From assembly GCA_951406725.2 (NCBI GenBank), contig OX597819.1, positions 64,356,001-64,420,000 of the forward strand: a stretch of 64,000 nucleotides of DNA, written 5' to 3'. The position numbers and the translations under genes were made by a program. Under the pieces are notes generated by a model. That model saw only the letters and a program-made list of their open reading frames with translations, made no database searches and had not been told where the DNA came from. Every line of letters starts with the position of its first letter. The first letter of the stretch is position 1. Below, piece by piece: positions 42,388 through 52,722 of this stretch. Source of the DNA: Octopus vulgaris. Its lineage: Eukaryota.

Positions 42388-44477
42388 GTATGTATGTATG
42401 TATACATGTATGCACGTATGAATGTATGTATGTGTGTATGTGTGTGTTTGTGAATGTGTATGCACAATGTGTGCGTTTGGTTGTCTGTATTTCTGTCTAC
42501 ATATTTGGGTATGCTTCTCTTTTGGCTATTCTCTGTATGTTTAGCCACAAACGAAATAGCAATTCTTTAATTATTCATTAATGTGAAAACATACGTTCAA
42601 AGATAGCACTCCACTTAGGAAATATTTTCTTGTTCTCGGGTTAAATAATTTCCGCCGCTTTTTAATTTTCTGTAAATCAACAATTATATCGTCTCCATAT
42701 TTCGTACTAACGTGGTATGCACTTTCTATATTTCTTCTCTTTTTTTCTTTTTATATTTCATCTACATTGCGGCCAGATTCATTCTTTAGGCATCAGCAAA
42801 TTACATTCTATATTTACATAAAACGGCAGATCATTAATTTCTCTTTCTTGAATAACTTTTTGTAATCACTCTGTCAAAATTTTGCACTTCTCTCCAATGT
42901 ACAATTCATTTCTTTCACATCTCGTCATTTGCTGTGTATATGCCAGCGTTTCCAGTTAACATATATGCGGGTAATAAATTGTAATTTGCGCCAGAGCCTA
43001 TTATGTATTATCATATTGTTTTTTTATCAAAACATTTTCTGCCTTTTATGCGTAGCGTAAAACGTTGTTATACTTACCATCTATATACTACCCATATGAC
43101 TTAGATTTGGAATCTAACAGTTTATAATTTCTCTCAATTAATTAATAATCTCTGTCCTTTGAATGAGCTACGTTTCATAGAGAAGTTACACCAAGAAGCA
43201 TAATATATTTATCATAAACTTTTACACACGGTGAAGCACACGAAATGCCGGCGCAAATAAGCGTAGACATATATACTTGTATATGCGCATTCATATCTGC
43301 AATATATGAATATAAATGTATATATATATATATATATATATACTTGTATATGTGTGAGTCCATGCATGTGTGTCAGTGTTCACACACATTCGCAACCATA
43401 TCAATACTATCTCTCGAACAATTCCTCAACTTTATAAATTATACATACGTTATATACATACATAAATATATATTAATGTAAATTAGAATTACATCATGTA
43501 GTGTAGTGAATATATAATATGGCACATTACTACCAAATTATGCGAATCACTTGACATCAAAATATTTTCGAAATTCGATATTTAGTTTCATATGGTTTGT
43601 AGATTATGTACATTTCTCCTTCGAAGATTGTCACATTCCGTGGAATGATGTTCGTTTCTGTTTTAGTAGAAATACATGAATCATTGAATATTCCCATCCC
43701 CTCCTTCCTTGAATATTTTTGCAGCTACTGGAGTAAATTTTATACACTCTCTGTCGGTTAGCTATGACTTAGGGTCTAAAATCTTTCGCTCTAGTCTCAT
43801 TTATGTGTGGAAATAATACAGACGCCTCAAGACGAACAGATATGCTGACAGTTGATGCGTCATAAAGAAAATATACCCATCGTTATTGCACTATAAAATT
43901 GTAGATAGTTTCATTACCCTTAAGAATTGTTTCAATTATAATCAAGCAATATCGATTGAAGCTTAACACAGAGAAAATCAGATGAAATTGTTTAGAGTTA
44001 GATCATTTATTGAAGAAACCTCAAAAGATCTTACATATATTAAGCTATCAAATTATGCGCTACACTTAAGCAGCTGATCTGTAATATTGATTTAGGATGA
44101 AAGCTGTGATATCTTCTCCAAGAAGCAGTCAACGAACATATATCGGCCCGTCACATATCTCACATTTTCCTGTTATTCAGCAGCATAGGAAAATAAGTTT
44201 ACGCGCTCATTCACCCACAGCAAGGCATCTATAAAATTGATATTTTGGCCAGATGTGATGAGAATATTTTGAAAGGATATGCGCCCACATCCAATAAAAG
44301 GCAAATGAAATTAATGGACATTAAGAGAACGTGTGAAAGAAATGTATTAGCTTAACACTTGGTGAAAAGAGGGAGTATGAAGTTTCGAGAATAGCTCTTC
44401 ATCGAAAAGGAAAAGGGGAAATGCCCAAGAAGGAAAAGGAAGCGCCAACAGAACGTATATGGCTACATTGCTGGAAT

Positions 44478-44508
<31 letters not shown>

Positions 44509-44934
44509 TATATATATGCATACATACATATGTGTGTGTGCATATATATATATAAATTTATGTATGTATATATAATGTATATATATACATATATATATAT
44601 ATATATAAAATTAATAATTAATAATTATTAATTAATTATTATTATTATTAATTATTATTAATGATTATTATTAATGATTAATAATTAATTAATTTTACCC
44701 TCAATTGTTGAAATTATAATTAATCTCCCTCTAATTAATGCTTCGGATTTTACCGAAATAAGCATGGTGTTTGATGATTTTAGCCCACGCTGGTGGAAAG
44801 GGGAGAACAGAAATTCTTCGCTTGCTTATTTGAGTTTGTTGGCACTGTTAGTTACGAGCAGATCTTCGAGAGCGATGAGAAGCCGAAAGGGTATGTTCTT
44901 ACTTTCAGTGTTTCCAAATCCAAACCAAGGAGTT

Positions 44935-44990
44935 TTTGAGCTGATGATAGAAGTGTCGTTTTGACTAATCTTGAAACGTACGTTCTCAAA
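44935..44990 (+). ncRNA. minimal type I hammerhead ribozyme, copy 1
   Basis: tttgag-CTGATGA-t[aga agt gtc gtttt gac taa tct]t-GAAA-C-gtac-G-TT-ctcaaa. Stem I is tttgag/ctcaaa, the core is intact, helix III is the palindrome AACGTACGTT, and the GUU triplet predicts cleavage after 44984. Confidence 0.85.
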
Positions 44991-45497
44991 TAACCTTAGC
45001 ATTTGATTTTTTGATGTCCTTACCCCCAAACTTTTGTGAGTTGAATTAAGCAAACACTATATATGAGAGAGATTTTCTTTAAGTATTAGAAATAGCTTTA
45101 AAAAAGTTTTTTTAGCTGCTATTTCTAATGAGTTCAGTATGCGGCAAAGTAATTTATTTTACTAAGCCCTTTTATATAATGTAATAATTTGAATTCGCCT
45201 TAAATGGTCCCTTTGCATACTGAACACTTAGTGAAATTGATTAATAATTAATTAATTTTACCCTCAATTGTTGAAATTATAATTAATCTCCCTCTAATTA
45301 ATGCTTCGGATTTTACCGAAATAAGCATGGTGTTTGATGATTTTAGCCCACGCTGGTGGAAAGGGGAGAACAGAAATTCTTCGCTTGCTTATTTGAGTTT
45401 GTTGGCACTGTTAGTTACGAGCAGATCTTCGAGAGCGATGAGAAGCCGAAAGGGTATGTTCTTACTTTCAGTGTTTCTAAATCCAAACCAAGGAGTC

Positions 45498-45553
45498 TTT
45501 GAGCTGATGATAGAAGTGTCGTTTTGACTAATCTTGAAACGTACGTTCTCAAA
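45498..45553 (+). ncRNA. minimal type I hammerhead ribozyme, copy 2
   Basis: Identical to copy 1 at +563; predicted cut after 45547. Confidence 0.85.
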
Positions 45554-46060
45554 TAACCTTAGCATTTGATTTTTTGATGTCCTTACCCCCAAACTTTTGT
45601 GAGTTGAATTAAGCAAACACTATATATGAGAGAGATTTTCTTTAAGTATTAGAAATAGCTTTAAAAAAGTTTTTTTAGCTGCTATTTCTAATGAGTTCAG
45701 TATGCGGCAAAGTAATTTATTTTACTAAGCCCTTTTATATAATGTAATAATTTGAATTCGCCTTAAATGGTCCCTTTGCATAGTGAACACTTGGTGAAAT
45801 TGATTAATAATTAATTAATTTTACCCTCAATTGTTGAAATTATAATTAATCTCCCTCTAATTAATGCTTCGGATTTTACCGAAATAAGCATTGTGTTTGA
45901 TGATTTTAGCCCACGCTGGTGGAAAGGGGAGAACAGAAATTCTTCGCTTGCTTATTTGAGTTTGTTGGCACTGTTAGTTACGAGCAGATCTTCGAGAGCG
46001 ATGAGAAGCCGAAAGGGTATGTTCTTACTTTCAATGTTTCCAAATCCAAACCAAGGAGTC

Positions 46061-46116
46061 TTTGAGCTGATGATAGAAGTGTCGTTTTGACTAATCTTGA
46101 AACGTACGTTCTCAAA
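46061..46116 (+). ncRNA. minimal type I hammerhead ribozyme, copy 3
   Basis: Identical to copy 1 at +1126; predicted cut after 46110. Confidence 0.85.
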
Positions 46117-46399
46117 TAACCTTAGCATTTGATTTTTTGATGTCCTTACCCCCAAACTTTTGTGAGTTGAATTAAGCAAACACTATATATGAGAGAGATT
46201 TTCTTTAAGTATTAGAAATAGCTTTAAAAAAGTTTTTTTAGCTGCTATTTCTAATGAGTTCAGTATGCGGCAAAGTAATTTATTTTACTAAGCCCTTTTA
46301 TATAATGTAATAATTTGAATTCGCCTTAAATGGTCCCTTTGCATACTGAACACTTGGTGAAATTGATTAATAATTAATTAATTTTACCCTCAATTGTTG

Positions 46400-46434
<35 letters not shown>

Positions 46435-46436
<2 letters not shown>

Positions 46437-46488
46437 CCACTGATGAAGCAAATCATTTCTTGCAGAGTCAGGAATCCGCGATCTGGAA
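46435..46488 (+). ncRNA. degenerate hammerhead ribozyme relic
   Basis: ttcca-CTGATGA-...-GAATCCGCGATC-tggaa. Stem I is ttcca/tggaa. The 3' core is two substitutions from GAAAC-CGCG-GTC. Confidence 0.5.
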
Positions 46489-46713
46489 TTATCCAGTAAT
46501 TTTTTGCTACTTTATTATTTTGTCCTTTTGCCTTCTATCCTGGTGCTGTATGAACATTTAATGTGATTTTAGAGTCAAGTTTTGGCTGCTATTTCCAGCG
46601 TGGTGGTATCTCTTATATAATCTAAATTATAATTTTTATAATTATTACCTTTGAACGTTTGTATTCCCATGCTGGCCACTTGATAAGATCGATATTTAAA
46701 ATAACGATTTTAT

Positions 46714-46757
<44 letters not shown>

Positions 46758-47250
46758 TTATATGTAGAGGTAAAATCAAAGGTTCTAGGTGTAGGAATTT
46801 AGTAAGCTTCAGCAACTCCCTAGAAGGCATATAAATCAACTTTCAGGAACAAGAAAGGTTTATTGGCATAAAGTAGTTGTAAACATTCCACATATCGAAG
46901 TCTGATAAACTGAAAGAAAGTTATTTTAAAGTAAGCTGTTATGTGACTGGGGTTGCTTTGTATGTGAATAAGAGTCCAAATTTAGGGAACAGAGTCTAGC
47001 AGAACTTCGGAAATAGTTATAACTCCGTTAGTTACTCATTAGGCCTAAGATACTTTAGTCAAATAAAGGATACATTGTCCTGAAAGGGTCCCCTGTTAAC
47101 TCTCAGGAGACTTGATCGATTTGGCTTAATGAGTAGCTATCGAAGAACCTCCCGTTGAGTGTTTATACTTCTGAGCTTCTGCTAGGTAAGAAACATACGT
47201 AGCCTGGAATTTACCAGCTCCGTTCCTTAAATTTATATATATATATATAT

Positions 47251-47715
47251 ACTCTTTTACCCTTTTTACTCTTTTACTTGTTTCAGTCATTTGACTGCAA
47301 CCATGCTGGAGCACGGCCTATCGTCGAGCAAATCGCCCCCAGGACTTATTCTTAGGAAGCCTAGTACTTATTCTATCGGTGTACTTGCAGAACTGCTAGG
47401 TTTCGGGGACGTAAACACAACACCATCGTTTGTCAAGCGATGTTGGGCGGACAAACACAAATATATACACACACACACACATACACACACGCACACACAT
47501 ATACACACGCACACACACACACGCACATAAATAATATATATATATATATACGACGGGCCCTTTTCAGTTTCTGTCTACCAAATCCACTCACAAGGCTCTG
47601 GGTCGGTCCGAGGCTATAGTGGAAGACACTTGCCGAAGGTGCCACGCAGTGGGACTGAACCCGGCACCATGTGGTTGGTAAGCAAGCTACTTACCACTCA
47701 GCCACTCCTGCGCCT
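47251..47715 (-). mobile_element. SINE family A, full-length copy
   Basis: Head aggcgcaggagtggctgagtggtaag..gggttcagtccc, internal microsatellite, and a (gtaaaaga)-repeat tail. Confidence 0.85.
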
Positions 47716-48239
47716 ATATGTACGTAATATGAAACAAACATACACATAAACTTTAATTTGCATATGTACTTACACACACATGTACACAAGTTGAATACTA
47801 CACGTAAAAATTTCATACATATTGATCTCTGCAATAACACACCCTGGCATCAAGAAACTTAACTACACACCTACCCATCTGTTTCAAACTTAACATATAT
47901 GTGTGCGAGTGTGCTTGTATAACTGAATACATACATTTATTTACATGAATATACATACATATATATATGTGAATGCGCGTGTGGGTGTGAGTATGTATTT
48001 CTGTTTATATGTATAGGATGCTTTATTTATCTTAATATCGAATCACTTACAAAGTATGAAATGCATCTCTTCGTGTTTATTTGTGTTAATAGTCTCCACC
48101 GAATTTGAATGCGCGAATGCAGTTCTGAGAGGATATCTCTTTGTAAGGTATATTCACGACTAAGCAGCAATTTCAGTTAGTTTACACACACACACAGACA
48201 TACACACACACACACACACACACACTCACACACACACAC

Positions 48240-49250
48240 ACTTACACACACATACACACACATATACATTCACGCGTGTAAGTAAAAATGCACACGCACA
48301 GACACACACTTATACATACACGCATGTAAGTAGAAATACCCAAGCACACGCACAGACATAGACACACACGCTTATATATACACGCATGTGAGTGAAAATA
48401 AACACGCACACGGACACACATACATACACACGTGTAAGTAAAAATACTCACGCGTACACACAGACAGAGACACACATATATACATACACGCGTGTATGTA
48501 AAGATACATACGCACGCACACACACAGACACACACATATACATACACGCGTGTGAGTAAAATACACATGCACACGCACACACATTGATACACGCGTGTAA
48601 GTAAAGACACACATGCAAAGACACAGACACACAAAGACATACACAAACACATACATACACGCGTGTAAGTAAAGACACACATGCAAAGACACAGACACAC
48701 AAAGACACACACAAACACATACATACACGCGTGTAAGTAAAAATACACACATACAGATATACATATATGCATGTAAGTAAAAATACACATACACACGCAA
48801 ATATATAGACTATACACACATATATACATACACGCGCGTAAGTAAAAATAAACGCGCACACACGCACACGCCCATATACGTACGTGCGTGTAAATAAAAT
48901 ACACCCTCACACGCACACAAGCACATATATACATGCGTGTAAGTAAAAATACACGCTCACGCACAGATAGAGACCAAACACATATATACATGCGTGTAAG
49001 TAAAAGTGCATACGCATGCATACACACAAACATATACATACACGCGTGTAATTAAAAATACATGCACACACACACATATACATACACACATGCACATACA
49101 GATATACATACATGCGTGTAATTAAAAATACATACGCATGCACACACATATACACATTCACACACGTAAGTAAGAATACACGCACATCGCACACACATAT
49201 ACATACATTGGTGTAAGTAAAAGTACACACGCACATGCACAGACACACAC
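48240..49250. repeat. compound minisatellite: ~18 copies of cacgcgtgtaagtaaaaata separated by variable CA-rich spacers
   Basis: The motif recurs every ~40-70 nt. Confidence 0.85.
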
Positions 49251-49331
49251 ACATAGGGTAGTAACAATAAGTATCTGTATACAACGTAAAAATAGACCAT
49301 AGTGTAATATATGATTCGGTATATACCCATT

Positions 49332-49545
49332 TGGTGGAGGCACATGGCCTTGTGGTTAGAGCAGCGGACACGCGGTCAAGGGATCCGGGCTCGACTGTGC
49401 GACGTGTGTGTTTATGGGCGAAACACCTAAGATCCACGCAGCTTTGGCACAAGGTGATAGCAAACTTCTGCCGACTCTTTCGCCACAACTTTCTCACACT
49501 CCTGCATCTTGCAGCTCACACGCGACGGAAACCGGCCCTTATGAG
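49332..49545 (+). mobile_element. SINE family C
   Basis: tggtggaggcacatggccttgtggttagagcagcggac... Confidence 0.75.
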
Positions 49546-49610
49546 AATTTTTTTTTTATCATACGCAAATATATATATAATTACGTTTATTATATATATC
49601 ACGCTTCAAG

Positions 49611-49820
49611 ACGGTGAGCTGGCTGAAACGTTATCACACCGGGCGAAATGCGAAGCCGTATTTCGTCTGCCGTTACGTTCTGAGTTCAAATTCCTTTCAT
49701 CCTTTCGGGGTCGATTAGATAAGTACCAGTTACGCACTGGTGTCGATATAATCGACTTAATCCGTTTCTCTGTCCTTGTTTGTCCCCTCTGTGTGTAGCC
49801 CCTTGTGAATAGTAAACAAA
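49611..49820 (+). mobile_element. SINE family B
   Basis: Head, body and tail with a small internal deletion. Confidence 0.8.
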
Positions 49821-50895
49821 TATATATTAGATGGAATAAATGTAAACCATGCAAAGGTGTGTATATAGGCGTGAATATCATTCCTTGTTTTTCACAACCC
49901 CACTAATGCCCTCAGTTTGAACACCAATAGGCATTCGCCAACGTGCGTTCGAAACAGTGTCTGGTTTGCTAATTCGCCTTCATGTTGCATCTTTAGCTTC
50001 AGAAATTCAATGAAGAAATACTATTGCACTCACAAATGTGAAACCTATTCAATTCCTGAATCTATTCCTGCCTATAGATATCGTAATTTTCATGTTTCTT
50101 TGAAATGTATTACCGCGTTAATTATCTCAAATGTGGCGTTACTTCATGAGGTTATTTTTAATCAATACGTTGTTAAATAACATGTATTTATTATTACTGC
50201 GATTGTATCTCTTCTGTACCTTAATCTACTTAATCAATCGTAAAAGCATCTGTTTTATGTCCATCTGACCACATTTCTAAACTTCCTGCACACAGGCAGC
50301 CACAACCTGCTTTATAAACATTAACAATTGTATGCAAGAATCAGGACGGTTATTGTATGAAAGAATCAGCACGGTTGCAAAGAAGAAGATATAATCCGTT
50401 GTGATTTTTGTCAGGACTTTTATTATTCTCGCAACAGCATTCGAAGTGAGGCCAATTGTTGTTTATGTTTTCGTTGTTCGTCATTGTTCAATTGCCGTCA
50501 GTGTTTATCCACGTCTGATCGCGTCTCTTCGCCGCCCTTTGTCCATCTCGTCTATACTGTTTCTCAGTTCACTCAGTTAAGTAAGACTTTCTGAATATAC
50601 ACTGATGGATAGGCTCAGAGTAAAAGGTCCGAAAAGGATGGTATAGTTGCTGTGGTGATATCTAGCCGAAGTCGTGAAGTGTCAGGTTCGTTGGTCACGT
50701 TGGGAATAATCTAGGGATTCGCGACATCAAGTGTAGTGATCTGACTACAGAACATCCTAGCTACAGGCCTCCAGATAAATTTAAGTGGATGTTACGCCGG
50801 ATAAAATTTAACAAAACACTAGTATTCACGTTTTGGATGTATAGCAGCTATATCTCTTACCGGAAGAATAACATGAAAATAAAGCTAGAATTTTT

Positions 50896-51274
50896 GGATC
50901 TTTTCGGTTTGAACGGCAGTTTTTAACATAATGTCTATCTTTTTCTCTTGGTTTATTGAGAAAATTCTATAGCTTGCAATATATTTGTTGTGCCTTTTTT
51001 CTTCAATTTCTGCAATTTCAACAAATCAATGACGTCTATTGAGGTAAAAAAAACAACATTCTGTGCCGTATGAATAAGTCCCTCGTTTAAAAAACAGATT
51101 GGGTTCATTTACATTTGTGAAGAAAAAAATTATACCCTTCCCCCCACCCCTAACCCTAACCCTAACCAACCCTAAAACAGATTGAAATCCAATAGATCGA
51201 TACGAGGGTCATAATTATGGGTGACAATTTCATGACACCGCTAGAAAAAAATTCGCATCAAACCGAAAAGATCC
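50896..51274. mobile_element. MITE with 9-bp TSD (Mutator-like), internal (CCCTAA)n
   Basis: TIR ggatcttttcggtttga / tcaaaccgaaaagatcc; TSD agaattttt at 50887-50895 and 51275-51283. Confidence 0.85.
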
Positions 51275-51454
51275 AGAATTTTTTAATGCAAATATCTGAT
51301 AAAATTGAAAAGGTAAGAAGAATGATAATCTGATGAGAAGTGCTATCTAATGATATGTATACTATGTATACAAACATTAGATAGCACATCCGATGATAAG
51401 ATAGGTGATATACAAATCTCAACCAAACTCATTCGCTCATGCATTTTTTCTGTC

Positions 51455-51582
51455 TCAAACGAATCAACCACAGGACTATATTTGATAATGTGTGCTTATT
51501 TTATCGGTCTCTTTCAGAGAGTCACTAAGCTATAGGAATGTAAACAAACCAGCGAATAGAAAGGGGAAAGCACACGCATACC

Positions 51583-51643
<61 letters not shown>

Positions 51644-51785
51644 CAAGCTTCGTTCAGTTTTATTCAACAAAACTACTTAAAAGTCTTCGGTCGTCACGGA
51701 GATATAGTAGAAATACTTCCAGGACGGATAACAGAATTATGTTATTGTTAAGAAAACTGTTTACCAAATAGCAACACTAGCACTT
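51455..51785 (-). mobile_element. SINE family A, degenerate copy
   Basis: Diverged match to 30250-30700. Confidence 0.55.
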
Positions 51786-51959
51786 ACATGTGTGTGTGTA
51801 TGTGTATCTGTGAGTGTGTATATATATAGATATATTTATGAGTATAGGTGATTATGCGTGTGTGTATACACTTTTTACTTGCCTCAGATATTAGAGTGCA
51901 GCCATCCTGGGACACCACCTTGAATAATCTTTAGTCGAATGTATCGACCTCAGTAAAGG

Positions 51960-52722
51960 ATTTAATGGAAATTGAACCATTGACGAAGTGCTATTAAAAA
52001 GAAAATAAGTATGTTAAGTTGATAGGAAAAAAGAAAACGGAAAAAAAGAAATAACGAGGAAAAAAAGAAAGAATAAGGTGTTTATGTTATGTTTAAAAAG
52101 AAGTATTGAAAAATAGATGAACAATTGTAGATAATGTATATAACTGTTTAAATAATTGCAATGGTCTGTAACAAGAGAAGGCGGCGAGCTGCTAGAAACG
52201 TTAGCACGCCGGGCGAAATGCTTAGCGGTATTTCGTCTGCCGTTACGTTGTGAGTTCAAATTCCGCCGAGGTCGACTTTGCCTTTCATCCTTTCGGGGTC
52301 GATAAATTAAGTGCCAGTTACACACAGGAGTCGATATAATCGACTTAATACCTATGTGTGTCCTTGTTTGTCCCCTCTGTGTTTGGCCCCTTGTGGGTAA
52401 TAAAGAAATGGGTATTTCGTCTGCCGTTATGTCCTGTGTTCAAATTCAGCCAAGGTCGACTTTGCCTTTCATCCTTTTGGGGTCTATAAATTAAGTACCA
52501 GTTACGCACTGGGCTCGATATAATCGACTTAATCCGTTTGTCTGTCCTTTTGTCCCCTCTGTGTTTAGCCCCTTGTGGGTAGTAAAGAAATAGATTAATG
52601 GTACTGCATGTGATGAGGGACGCATGAAGCCATTGTTATATAATCATCTCATTCATATTCGTTTTATGTATTGTTCCTTCTGTGGTGTCCTGTCTGTTCT
52701 GTGGCTAATAAAGAAAGGAGTA
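51960..52722 (+). mobile_element. second copy of the gag-only element's 3' end, interrupted by a SINE
   Basis: gaaccattgacgaagtgctat... at about 51973 matches about 54253; 52600-52722 matches 54504-54666. Confidence 0.75.
52180..52592 (+). mobile_element. SINE family B, dimeric, nested in the gag-only element's 3' UTR copy
   Basis: Interrupts the homology between 51960-52722 and 54243-54666. Confidence 0.85.

Larger units (their letters stand above)
44675..46403 (+). repeat. 563-bp head-to-tail tandem array (~3.07 units), one hammerhead ribozyme per unit; retrozyme-like or tandem Penelope pLTR
   Basis: The same sequence recurs at offsets of exactly 563 nt (CTGATGA at 44941, 45504, 46067) with only a few substitutions between units. 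Flanked by TAA-rich and (TA)n microsatellites. Confidence 0.95.

Noticed and set aside
44764-46179. Repeated 65-75 aa ORFs on both strands of the 563-bp array
   Set aside because: They are short, one start codon is mutated in unit 3, and they recur only because the DNA is repeated. At most they are a vestige of a Penelope ORF C-terminus.
47640-47715. tRNA gene (A and B boxes on the minus strand)
   Set aside because: It is the tRNA-derived head of a SINE, continues into the SINE body, and has no complete cloverleaf.
48240-49250. Repeat-spacer pattern resembling a CRISPR array
   Set aside because: Spacers are low-complexity and similar to each other, repeats are degenerate, there are no cas genes, and the context is eukaryotic.
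51143-51175. Telomere
   Set aside because: Only about 4 CCCTAA units, inside a MITE.
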